Below are positions 21,131-30,219 of a stretch of 64,000 nucleotides of DNA, in pieces. The position numbers and the translations under genes are program-made. The stretch's first letter is position 1, and each line of letters opens with the position of its first letter. The stretch comes from an uncultured Chloroflexia bacterium. Its GTDB lineage: Bacteria; Chloroflexota; Chloroflexia; QHBQ01; JADMIH01. A model generated the notes under the pieces. It made no database searches and was not told the DNA's origin. It saw only the letters and a program-made list of their open reading frames with translations. The DNA lies in the NCBI GenBank assembly GCA_963797095.1, contig CAWCNY010000001.1:224001-288000 (forward strand), in the 5' to 3' direction.

Positions 21131-21227
21131 ACGAGTGACGAGTGACTAATTGCGTACCGCGTACTGCGTATTGCGTACTTGGTTGTCCTCTGACTACCGA
21201 CTACCGACTACCGACTACCGACTACCA
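21131..21227. repeat. heptamer mosaic (ACGAGTG)2-(TGCGTAY-like)4-(GACTACC)5
   Basis: Read directly. Confidence 0.92.
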
Positions 21228-21932
21228 TCATACCGACACTATCAGCTTGGCCTGGGCCATGGCGGGCATGCCTCTGTGGTTGGCGGCTGAGAGTACGAAG
21301 GTGTGCTCGCCCGGCATCAGGGTGGCGGCATAGGCGGCGGTGACGGTCATGGTGATAACCATTTGGGGGCTGACCCAGCGCCCTCCGGGCGGAACCGTGG
21401 TGATGCCGAGCGGGTGGCCGTTGGTGACATCGAACTTGACCATGGGCGGCCCGACGTGCCAGATGCTCCAGGTGCGGGGATAGCGGCTCATCGCTGTGAA
21501 GACGAAGGGCATGACGGCCGGCATCTGGGTGGTCTGGCTAAAGGCCATGAAGGGGGGCGCAACCTGGGCCATTGGGCGGTCGTCCTCGCGCAACTCCGGT
21601 GGAGGGCCGCTTGCGGGGTAGGTCATGCCGGGGGGTGGGGTGTCGTCGAACACCATGTGAGTTTCAACAATGGTGAGGGGGAAGCCGGTGAAGCTCTGCA
21701 AGTAATCGGTAGTGAGCATGACGTGTCTGCCCATTGCATACGTTGAATTGAGCTTGAGCGACTTGAGATTGTAACCGAGGCACGGCGGGATGAAGATGCA
21801 GGAGAGGGTGCCTACATCGCCATCGAGGGCCACGTTGCCCGCGTTGGCAAAGGCGGGGCCAGTGGGAATGTGGTGGCCCAGACCCCCGTGCGGGCAGGTG
21901 ATTATCGCGTTGTTAGTCAGTACTCGGGGCAT
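21228..21932 (-). CDS. hypothetical protein with PAAR/DUF4280-like N-terminus and Pro/Met-rich beta C-terminal domain
   Basis: ITCPHGG...SCIFIPPC...GRHVML pattern resembles PAAR-like spike-tip proteins. Family call by recall only. Confidence 0.55.
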   Translation of the reverse strand: MPRVLTNNAIITCPHGGLGHHIPTGPAFANAGNVALDGDVGTLSCIFIPPCLGYNLKSLKLNSTYAMGRHVMLTTDYLQSFTGFPLTIVETHMVFDDTPPPGMTYPASGPPPELREDDRPMAQVAPPFMAFSQTTQMPAVMPFVFTAMSRYPRTWSIWHVGPPMVKFDVTNGHPLGITTVPPGGRWVSPQMVITMTVTAAYAATLMPGEHTFVLSAANHRGMPAMAQAKLIVSV

Positions 21933-21952
21933 GGATTTGGACGGGGGCGAAA

Positions 21953-21995
21953 GTAGTCGGTAGTCGGAGGGCGGTGAAATACGCAGTACGCAGTA
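21953..21995. repeat. heptamer mosaic (GTAGTCG)2-GAGGGC...(ATACGCA/GTACGCA), inverted partner of 21159-21204
   Basis: Reverse complement of the arrays on the other side of the gene. Confidence 0.85.
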
Positions 21996-22137
21996 TGAAG
22001 TAGGTCACTTATCCACCTCCAGATGCGTGCCTATACATTACCAGAGGTGGGCATTGGGCGCAAGATGTTTGGAGCATAAATGTGTGGCATATTGTTTGCT
22101 CTTGTGGACTGGCACTACAGAAGGGGAGGTGGCAGCG

Positions 22138-22665
22138 ATGGCTAGGCGAGAGTCGCTCCTCGGTGCGTTGATCAAGGGCGGGCTATCGGGGGTTGTGGGC
22201 ACTGTCGTGCTGACGGTTGCCATGCAGCAAGCACCCCGGTTATTGGAGCGGGCCGAGTTGGATTTACCGCTTGAAGGGGAAACTAGTGGAGCGGGAGGAG
22301 GTGACAACTCGGCGGTGGCGGTCGAGAAGTTGGCCGTAAAGGTGGCACAGAAGGTGTTCGACACGCATTTGACTCGCAAAGAGAAGCAGGCGACGGGACA
22401 GGTGATACACTGGGGATATGGAATCGGGTGGGGTATGCTGTATGGGCTTGTGCAGAACACACTTCGATTGCCGCACGCGCTACATGGCACATTGCTGGCG
22501 GGGTTGATGGGCCTGGCGGCTGCCACCGTGATACCGGGGATGCGGCTGGTGCCGTCGGAGAAGGATCTGCCACCTCAGCGCAGCCTGATGCAGTTCGTCT
22601 ATATCTTGCTATTCGGGTGGTCGACCGCGCTGGTGTTCAGGGTGCTGGCACGCAAGAAGACATAG
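22138..22665 (+). CDS. DUF1440-like membrane protein
   Basis: GGLSGVVGT, VIHWGYGIGWGMLYG, several TM helices. RBS GGAGG. Confidence 0.7.
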   Translation: MARRESLLGALIKGGLSGVVGTVVLTVAMQQAPRLLERAELDLPLEGETSGAGGGDNSAVAVEKLAVKVAQKVFDTHLTRKEKQATGQVIHWGYGIGWGMLYGLVQNTLRLPHALHGTLLAGLMGLAAATVIPGMRLVPSEKDLPPQRSLMQFVYILLFGWSTALVFRVLARKKT

Positions 22666-24630
22666 CTACTGCCTCAGGGAGGCAATCTCGTCCAGCGCAC
22701 CGGGGTTTTCCAGCGAGGAGAGGTCGCCTGGAGATTCGCCCAGGTAGGCAGCGCGCACCAGTCTGCGAAGGATCTTGCCGTTGCGGGTGCGCGGCAGGTC
22801 GTGCACGAACAGGATCGCGCCTGGCTTGAGGGCCTTGCCCAGGGCCGTTGTGATGTGGGCTTCTATATCGGCTCGGAGTTGTGTGTTGCCCTCATAGTTG
22901 GGTTGTAGGCGAACGAACAGGGCCAGCAATTCGCCTTTGATATCGTCGGGGATGCCGATGGCGGCGGCTTCGGCGATGGTAGGGTGGGAGAGGGCCGCCG
23001 ACTCTACCTCGGCGGGGCCGACCCGCTTGCCAGCCACCTTGATCGTGTCGTCGGAGCGGCCCAGGATGGTCCAGAAGCCATCATAATCCACCTGCGCCCA
23101 GTCGCCATGTACCCATAGACCGGGGTGGCGAGTCCAGTAGGTTTCCAGGTAGCGGGCGGGGTCGCCCCAGAAACCGTGAGTGATGCCGGGCCAGGGGGCG
23201 CGGAGGGCAAGCTCGCCCACGGTACCGCGCACGGAGGCGCCCTGGTGGTCGATTACGTCGGCGGCCATGCCGGGCACAGGCCCGCCGAATGCGCACGGTT
23301 TGGAGGGAAGGAGGGTGCTGCCCGCAAGGATGCCGCCCGACACCTCGGTGCCGCCTGAGTAGTTGATAATGGGTCGTTCGGTCTTGCCCACCACGCGGGA
23401 GTACCAATCCCAGGCGGCAGGGTTCCACGGCTCGCCGGCGCCCGATAGGACTATCAGGCTGGAGAGGTCGTGTTGTGTGGCCCATTGGTCGCCTGCGGTC
23501 ATGAGGGTGCGGATGGCGGTAGGCGCGATGCCCAAATGGGTGATGCGATGGCGCTCCACCATATCCCAAATGCGGTTAGGGTGAGGGTAGTTTATTGCTC
23601 CTTCGTAGAGGAAGCATGTAGCGCCCAGCATGAGCGCACCCGTGATGGACCAGGGGCCCATCATCCAGCCGAGATCGCTGAACCAGAACAGGCGCTCGCC
23701 TGCGTGGAGGTCGAAGCAGTGGGCAAGCTCTTGCGCGGCCTTGACGGGGAATCCGGAATGAACGTGCACCACGCCCTTGGGTTTGCCCGTAGTGCCTGAG
23801 GTGTAGATGATCATGTAGGGGTCGTCGGCGGCGGTGCGTATGGTGTCGCAACGGTCGCTTTGTGCGCTTACGAGATCGTGCCACCGGTGGAAGTTCGTAT
23901 TTCGTACTTCGTACTGCGTATTTTCCCGTCTTTGCACTATCAGGATGGTTTGCAGTTCAGGGGACCGGTTGGCGGCCTCCTGGGCGATGTGGCCCATCGG
24001 GATGTGTTTGCCGTTGCGGAGGAAGCTATCGGCTGTGATCAGCAGTTTGGCCCGGCAATCCTGGAGGCGTCCCGCCACGGCTGACGCGCCGTAGCCTGAA
24101 AAGATTGGCGTGTAGATGGCTCCGATCTTCGAGACGGCGAGCACAGCTATGGCGGTTTCGAGGAGCATGGGCATGAAGATGCCGACACGGTCGCCTTTGC
24201 CTACGCCGAGCGCCTTGAGGGCATTGGCGGCGCGGTTTACTTCTTTGCTTACCTCGGTGTAGGTGAGGGTGCGGGTGTGGTCGTCCTCGCCTTCCCAGAT
24301 GATCGCGGGAGTCGATCCAGGGTGCTTGTCCACGGCGTCATGGACGTAGTTATACTGGCCGTCCACGAACCAGCGCGGCCATTCGACGCCGCCGGTGAGG
24401 TCGAGCACGCGGCTGTAGGGTTTGTAGAACTGGATGTCGAGGTCGCGGATGGTGGCGTCCCAGAACCACTCCATGTCGTTGACCGAGCGCGCTATAAGGT
24501 CAGCGTAGGTGGGGATGCTGTGGGCCAGCATGAAGCGGCGCAGGCGGCTGCGCTCGATGTAGGCGGGGGTGGGACGCCATGTAATCTCTCCAGAGTTGGT
24601 GTCGCTGGCGACGGGTGGCGTGTATGCCAT
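22666..24630 (-). CDS. acetate/short-chain acyl-CoA ligase (AMP-forming)
   Basis: YTSGTTGKPKG, SGAGEPWN, GRSDDTIKVAGKRVG, LPRTRNGKI. Confidence 0.93.
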   Translation of the reverse strand: MAYTPPVASDTNSGEITWRPTPAYIERSRLRRFMLAHSIPTYADLIARSVNDMEWFWDATIRDLDIQFYKPYSRVLDLTGGVEWPRWFVDGQYNYVHDAVDKHPGSTPAIIWEGEDDHTRTLTYTEVSKEVNRAANALKALGVGKGDRVGIFMPMLLETAIAVLAVSKIGAIYTPIFSGYGASAVAGRLQDCRAKLLITADSFLRNGKHIPMGHIAQEAANRSPELQTILIVQRRENTQYEVRNTNFHRWHDLVSAQSDRCDTIRTAADDPYMIIYTSGTTGKPKGVVHVHSGFPVKAAQELAHCFDLHAGERLFWFSDLGWMMGPWSITGALMLGATCFLYEGAINYPHPNRIWDMVERHRITHLGIAPTAIRTLMTAGDQWATQHDLSSLIVLSGAGEPWNPAAWDWYSRVVGKTERPIINYSGGTEVSGGILAGSTLLPSKPCAFGGPVPGMAADVIDHQGASVRGTVGELALRAPWPGITHGFWGDPARYLETYWTRHPGLWVHGDWAQVDYDGFWTILGRSDDTIKVAGKRVGPAEVESAALSHPTIAEAAAIGIPDDIKGELLALFVRLQPNYEGNTQLRADIEAHITTALGKALKPGAILFVHDLPRTRNGKILRRLVRAAYLGESPGDLSSLENPGALDEIASLRQ

Positions 24631-24723
24631 TGAGGTGATTATACGACAGGGAAGGGCGCGTTATGCACCCTTGCCTACCAGGTATCATAGTGGGTTATTT
24701 TTACGCGTTTCAGAAGAAGGGGC

Positions 24724-24752
24724 TTGACTCCAAAGAACATTTGTTCTATACT
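24724..24752 (+). promoter_or_regulatory. sigma70 promoter with LexA-type box in the spacer
   Basis: TTGACT-N17-TATACT containing AGAAC-ATTT-GTTCT (24734-24747). Confidence 0.8.
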
Positions 24753-24817
24753 GAGTTGCACTCGTTTGGGAAGTGGCAGTGGAAAAAATAATCTCAATCA
24801 CTTGGAGGGCATTTGCG

Positions 24818-25201
24818 ATGGGTAAACACAGTATTGTGCATGTCGAGCTTCCGGCGAACGATCCTGAGGCAGCGGCGGGATTTTACAGCAGCCTTTTCGG
24901 TTGGAAGACCGAATCTTCGGCAACAGGTGGCGGTGCGTACTGGCATTTCAGGCCGGACGACCAGCCGGGCGGTGGGTTCAACCCGGTTGGCACGGAAGGG
25001 ATGATGCAGGTTGAGCCTGGTGACATTTTCATCTACATCTCCACCGACGATATCGAAGCCACCCTGGCAAAAGCCGAGTCGCTGGGGGGCAAGATTCTGA
25101 TGAAGAAGCAGGAGATACCGGGGATGGGTTGGTGGGCTTTGTTCGCTGACCCAACGGGCAACAAGATCGGCGTGTATGCTGACGGGGCCCGGTCCGAATA
25201 G
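24818..25201 (+). CDS. VOC (glyoxalase/bleomycin resistance) family protein
   Basis: IVHVELPA, FYSSLFGW, YISTDDIEA, IPGMGW, FADPTGN. Confidence 0.9.
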   Translation: MGKHSIVHVELPANDPEAAAGFYSSLFGWKTESSATGGGAYWHFRPDDQPGGGFNPVGTEGMMQVEPGDIFIYISTDDIEATLAKAESLGGKILMKKQEIPGMGWWALFADPTGNKIGVYADGARSE

Positions 25202-25258
25202 TCGCGCGTGCGAGCATGTGGTGCTCTACGAGGCGGCCTTCTGGGGTCGCCTTATCAG

Positions 25259-26146
25259 TTATGCGATGAGTTGAATGGCTCGTAGTATCCCTGTGGCGAC
25301 TGACCTGCCAGTGCTGTTGCCCACTGCCAGGAGGCGCTGGGAAGGGGCCAGCACATCGTCGCGACGGCCAGCCAGCAAGGCCGCTCCCAACTCCATGGCG
25401 GGCGCGTAAAGAAGACCTTCGCCCGCGTGCCACAGGAGGCGCGCGCTGACCTTGTTCGTGATCCTGGGAGCAACCTCTCGCACAGCCTGCACAAGCTGTT
25501 GGAGGACGCCGGTGTCGAGCTTGCCGAGGTTTGCCCACCAGACCAGGGAGGCGAGCAATCCCATCGCGAGATCGTCGCCTTCGGGGGTTAGCCCTTCACC
25601 CGTGCCGAGCAGAGAGCAGATAGCCACTGCTGCCCGCTCTATTTGCTGCGTGCGCATGGCCTGGAGAAAAGCGTGTAGGGCTTCGCCAATCCTGCCTTTA
25701 GACCTGGATGCGTCTTGCGGCTGGGTCACGGATAGGAACCAGGCCAGGCGGTAAGCTGCCGCTTGCCGGGCCTCAGCAGGGCCGAGCCTGGAGGGTAAAA
25801 GGGGAGATCGTGTCTCAAAGGGTAATAGAGGGGACCAGGGGAGGGCGTTCGCCCACAATATGTGGGCGGCCCCGCCGATGGTGAGTGAGTGGAGGGTTAC
25901 GGTAAATTCAGCTCCGTCGACCACATCGGGAGAGGATCGGAGAGTATCAAACGAGGGAACGCGCATGGTAAGCGGTCCATCTACTGCATCCCCGTGGGCA
26001 ATGCAGACGACATATCCCTGAGGGTCCTCAATGTAGATAGCGTCTTTCAGCAGCGCGAGCACGCGCCCGCCTGGGTCTGAGGAGTTGCGGAGGAGGTAGA
26101 CCTCAGGGCCGAGGGTGCTAGCCTGCACCCAGATGTTATTTTCCAA
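25259..26146 (-). CDS. DUF2877 / YlbF (AllH)-like protein
   Basis: LLGTGEGLTPEGDD, VGNSTG. Probable TTG start overlapping the SDR stop. Confidence 0.8.
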   Translation of the reverse strand: MENNIWVQASTLGPEVYLLRNSSDPGGRVLALLKDAIYIEDPQGYVVCIAHGDAVDGPLTMRVPSFDTLRSSPDVVDGAEFTVTLHSLTIGGAAHILWANALPWSPLLPFETRSPLLPSRLGPAEARQAAAYRLAWFLSVTQPQDASRSKGRIGEALHAFLQAMRTQQIERAAVAICSLLGTGEGLTPEGDDLAMGLLASLVWWANLGKLDTGVLQQLVQAVREVAPRITNKVSARLLWHAGEGLLYAPAMELGAALLAGRRDDVLAPSQRLLAVGNSTGRSVATGILRAIQLIA

Positions 26147-26981
26147 GCCGGTTGAGGATGATTCCCTCACGGAGCTTATCGGGCAGCACGCGGAGGACTT
26201 CACCTATGCGGGCCATTGGGCCTACCAGATAGCGGGCTTTGGGCCTGGGACTGGTGAGGGCGCGAACCACGGCCTTGCCTACCTCCTGCACCGGGGCACC
26301 GTTTTGCTCGTTATCTTCTGCCATGGAGCGCATAGACTTTATCACGGGGCCGTACAGAGTGAAAGTTTCGGGGGGCAACTGCTCGGATATGCGGTCGCCC
26401 TCGGCGAGGGCTTTGCGCCAGATGGGGGTAGCGACGCCCGTCGGTGTGATGTAGGCGACGTGGATGCCCCAGGGGTGCAGCTCCATGCGGAGGATGTTGG
26501 TGAGGGCGTCGAGGGCGAACTTGGATGCGCAATAGGCTCCGAGGAGGGGTGTGGAGATTCGCCCGCTCACCGAGCCGATATTTACAATGCGGCCACGTGC
26601 CTTGCGCAGGAGAGGCACGAATGCCTGCGTCACGGCTAACTGGCCGATGACGTTCACATCAAGCTGGTGGCGGAACTCTTCGAGCGGGAGGAACTCAAGA
26701 GGCCCGGCTACGGCTATACCCGCGTTGTTCACCAGGCCGTCAAGCCCGTCTTCGCCCACCACCCCTTCAATCGTGCGGGCTGCCTGGGCGATGGCGTCGC
26801 TATCGGTCACGTCCAGGTAAACGGGGATCAGGCGGTCTTTATCGCGCACTTTGGCGCGGAGGGCTTCGCCGTCTTGGGCGCTGCGCACGCTGGCGAAGAC
26901 GTGCCAGCCGTGTCTGTAGAGCCGGAGGGCGCACTCCTTGCCGATACCGGACGATGCACCTGTGACAAGCACTGTGGGCAT
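26136..26981 (-). CDS. classical SDR oxidoreductase
   Basis: TGASSGIG, NNAG, YCASK. Confidence 0.93.
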   Translation of the reverse strand: MPTVLVTGASSGIGKECALRLYRHGWHVFASVRSAQDGEALRAKVRDKDRLIPVYLDVTDSDAIAQAARTIEGVVGEDGLDGLVNNAGIAVAGPLEFLPLEEFRHQLDVNVIGQLAVTQAFVPLLRKARGRIVNIGSVSGRISTPLLGAYCASKFALDALTNILRMELHPWGIHVAYITPTGVATPIWRKALAEGDRISEQLPPETFTLYGPVIKSMRSMAEDNEQNGAPVQEVGKAVVRALTSPRPKARYLVGPMARIGEVLRVLPDKLREGIILNRLGK

Positions 26982-26989
26982 AGAATTTC

Positions 26990-28441
26990 CTATTGAGTGA
27001 GCAAGGCGCTTTCGGCGAGGGCTTTGAGCGCGCCGGTGAAGCAGGACATGGGTGGGTTGACCAGACCAGCACCCACCTGGCCGATGCCTGCCTCTTTATG
27101 GGCGATACCTGTATTGATGATAGGGAGCGTACCGGTGTCGAGCACGCGGCGCACGTCGATGCCGGTGGCAGTGCCCGCGAAGCCGAGGGGAGGAAGGGTC
27201 CACTGGGGGTTGCGGGTGACGGTGATAGTGTACATCAACTCGGTGAAGGCTACCGCATCGGCGGGCGTGCCACCGACCACTTTGACCACAGCGGGAGCAC
27301 CACCCATCGCGAAGCCTCCCAGCCCGGCGGTCTCGGTGATGGCGCTGTCGCCGATGTCGCCCGCAGCATCGTCCTCGGTGAAGCCGGGCAGGTAAAGACC
27401 TTTAGGCGATCCGGCCGGGCCTGTGAACCACCTGTCGCCGGTGCCGCTCACCCGGATGCCGAAGTCCACGCCGTTACGCGCCATCGCGGTGACTACGCTG
27501 CTGAAGGGTATGCCGTGGCCGGCATCGAGCATGGCTTTGCAAGCGGCCATTGCGAGGTTCAAGAAGAAGTAATTGTTAGCGGCAATCGGGTCGAGGGCGG
27601 AGGCGGCGCGCTCGCGGTCTTCGAGGGCGCGGATGAGGGCCGGGGCTATCGACTTGAATAAGAGAGAGGTGGCGGCGATGTGGCGGTTGTGCAGTTCATC
27701 GCCCATCTGGAGCGCCTGGGCCATAATCGGCTTAAGGGAGAGGCCGCCGAGGGCGTGGATGCCCGCCCGGAGGGTAGGGCCGAGCACGTCGCACATCCAG
27801 CGCAGGCGGGCCAGCACCTCAGGGGCGAAAGCGCCGTAGCGAAGCACCTTGCCCATCCCCTCGTTGAGAGAGGAATAGGAGAGGTTGCCATGTGTGGCAT
27901 TGCGAACCACGAACATCGGCATGCAAGGGGACACCAGTCCGGCCATAGGGCCGACCGCGCCGTAGTGATGGCAGGGGGCGAAACGGACGCCGCCACTTGC
28001 GGCGAGATGGCGGGCGGCCCGTTCGTCGGGCGCCCAGCCTTCGAGGAGGATCGCGCCCATGACCGCGCCCTGCATTGGGCCACACATGCGCTCCCACTCG
28101 ATGGGCGGGCCGGAGTGGAACAAGAGGTATTCGTCCATCTCAGGCCAGATCTCGCGGGCGGGGCGCACATCTTCCCAAACGGGGTCGGCGGCGAGGATTC
28201 GCGATACGGCTTCCTGGTTGGCGGCGCTGATGCGGGCACCTGGAGCATCGGGCGTGGTTTCATCGAGAAGGAGGGCAAGCAACCGCCCCAACTCAGGGTC
28301 GCCCCCGGCGGGAGGCTGCCAATCGACGTGCAGGTGCGGAGCGCCTAGCTCTGCCAGGGTGTCGGCGAAGGTGCGCACACCGATGTTGAGCACGCGCGGC
28401 CCCTCGTGAAGGAGTAAGGATGTTTTGTCAGGTGATGCCAT
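26990..28441 (-). CDS. DUF1116 / YlbE (AllG)-like protein
   Basis: VDWQPPAGGD, HSGPPI, GPMAG, NEGMGKVLRYGA, MGDELHNR, MARNG, DIGDSAITE, INTGIAH. Confidence 0.9.
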   Translation of the reverse strand: MASPDKTSLLLHEGPRVLNIGVRTFADTLAELGAPHLHVDWQPPAGGDPELGRLLALLLDETTPDAPGARISAANQEAVSRILAADPVWEDVRPAREIWPEMDEYLLFHSGPPIEWERMCGPMQGAVMGAILLEGWAPDERAARHLAASGGVRFAPCHHYGAVGPMAGLVSPCMPMFVVRNATHGNLSYSSLNEGMGKVLRYGAFAPEVLARLRWMCDVLGPTLRAGIHALGGLSLKPIMAQALQMGDELHNRHIAATSLLFKSIAPALIRALEDRERAASALDPIAANNYFFLNLAMAACKAMLDAGHGIPFSSVVTAMARNGVDFGIRVSGTGDRWFTGPAGSPKGLYLPGFTEDDAAGDIGDSAITETAGLGGFAMGGAPAVVKVVGGTPADAVAFTELMYTITVTRNPQWTLPPLGFAGTATGIDVRRVLDTGTLPIINTGIAHKEAGIGQVGAGLVNPPMSCFTGALKALAESALLTQ

Positions 28442-28453
28442 CTCTACTCCTTT

Positions 28454-30025
28454 CTAGGAGTTGAGGGTCGAAGGCCGGGCGAAAATCCCGGCCAGGCGGG
28501 CTGCCGCGGCGTTGCTTGGCGCGACGAGAGCGTCGACCGCTTCAAACCGCTCTTTTTGAGCTACATATCCCTGAAGGTCTTGATCGGTGCCGCAAATTGA
28601 TGCGATTACGGGTAAGGTGCGGCCAGCCTTGTTCGCGGCTGCCTTCGCGTGGCGGATTGCGGGGGCGAGTACCCCTGCCGGATCGGGGTGAGCGCCGTAG
28701 CCCAGCACTACGTCGAGCAGGATGACCGCAGTTTGAGGGTCGTCGGCTTCCAGTTGGATTCTCTCGGCGCGGGCGGTCATGTCGATCATGGGGTGAGGGC
28801 GGCCAACCGTGAATTCGTCAGCGCCCATGTCCAGGCAGACATGGCGATTCTGGATCGCGGACTTTGGATTTTGGATTGAAAGTTTGTGCTCCGGCTGCAA
28901 TGGCGCGTTCGAGTAGATGGGGCCCAGCAGCGGTTGGAGTAGAAGCATGGCTTCATAGCAGAATGTACCGCCTGAGAAGAGACCTCGCACGTAGCGTTGG
29001 CCGGGTGCAAGCTCGTTGCGGACGGTGTCGGCGGAACTGGTGTCCGGGGCATCTTCGCGTGGTGGGATGCCTCCCGATAGGATGCGAATGGCCTGCCGGG
29101 CGGCGTCTTCGAGGGTGGTGGTGCAGGTGAGGTTTGGGGCTGGCCCATTGCCTTGCGGGATATCGAGGCCGAGGAAGCAGACGACTATGGGCTTGCCCGA
29201 CTCGGTGGCAGCTTGCCGGACCTTATCGGCTACTGCCGGGTCGGGGGGCTTGGACACCAGTACGATCACTTTGGTGGAAGGATCGTCGCGCAGGGCCGCA
29301 AGCGCCGCGAGAGTGGTGAGCGCTCCCACGCGGGCCGACAGGTCGCGGCTGCCGGTGCCGATGGCGTGCGAGATGCCGCCACCGTAGCGATCCACAAGGG
29401 AGGTTATCTCCTGCATGCCGGTGCCCGAAGCACCCACAACGCCTACAGGTCCACGGCGCACCGCATTGGCGAAGCCGAGGGGAACCCCACCGATGATGGC
29501 GGTGCCGCAATCGGGGCCGAGCAGGAGGAGACCGCGTGCGATGGCGGACTGTTTCAGCCTGATCTCGTCCTCGATAGGCACGTTGTCGCTGAAGATCATT
29601 ACATGGCGGTCTGCGGCCAGGGCTTTTTGCGCTTCGGCTGCGGCGTAAATGCCGGGGGTGGAGATCAGCACAAAGTTTGTATCGGGGAACGCCGCGAGGC
29701 CTGAGGATAGTGAATGGGGAGTGCGCGCACCCGGCTGGTCGCTTGCTGCTGTGCCTTGAGTGCGTAGGAGATCGTCCACGTGAGCGGAGGCGTGCTCGAT
29801 TGCATCCTCGCTGCCGCGAAGGGCTATGATCAAATCGTTTGGCCCGGCGGCCTGCCCATCGGAGGTCAGGAGTGAGGCCTCTGAGAGGATTTCTTTGTTG
29901 GGATCAGTGCCCATCATAAGGGCCGCGTCCTCGATCCCGGAGGTGTCACGCAGCCGTACCGCCACCTGCATAAGGGTAACGGAATCCTGGTACCGGTTCT
30001 TCTGTATGAAGTTTGCCGTCTTCAC
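28454..30025 (-). CDS. fdrA: FdrA (AllF)-like acyl-CoA synthetase family protein
   Basis: YQDSVTLM, MMGTDPNK, FSDNV, GPDCGTA, GASGTG, SKPP, GRPHPMID, DVVLGYGAHPDP. GTG start with GGAGG. Confidence 0.9.
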   Translation of the reverse strand: MKTANFIQKNRYQDSVTLMQVAVRLRDTSGIEDAALMMGTDPNKEILSEASLLTSDGQAAGPNDLIIALRGSEDAIEHASAHVDDLLRTQGTAASDQPGARTPHSLSSGLAAFPDTNFVLISTPGIYAAAEAQKALAADRHVMIFSDNVPIEDEIRLKQSAIARGLLLLGPDCGTAIIGGVPLGFANAVRRGPVGVVGASGTGMQEITSLVDRYGGGISHAIGTGSRDLSARVGALTTLAALAALRDDPSTKVIVLVSKPPDPAVADKVRQAATESGKPIVVCFLGLDIPQGNGPAPNLTCTTTLEDAARQAIRILSGGIPPREDAPDTSSADTVRNELAPGQRYVRGLFSGGTFCYEAMLLLQPLLGPIYSNAPLQPEHKLSIQNPKSAIQNRHVCLDMGADEFTVGRPHPMIDMTARAERIQLEADDPQTAVILLDVVLGYGAHPDPAGVLAPAIRHAKAAANKAGRTLPVIASICGTDQDLQGYVAQKERFEAVDALVAPSNAAAARLAGIFARPSTLNS

Positions 30026-30219
30026 GTGAGCAGTCCTCCGCGCCCAGTATATCACAAGGTGTGGTGGTACAGTCACGGGATGTTAACCGTTTTTTCACCT
30101 GCATGTACCTGACTTTCAACCTGAAACGCTTATTCTAAACATAGATGGCGAGTATCGCCGGGCATATCACTGATGACGTTACTGAGGACGCGGCGGAAGT
30201 AAGGGAGAGAAATAAGACC

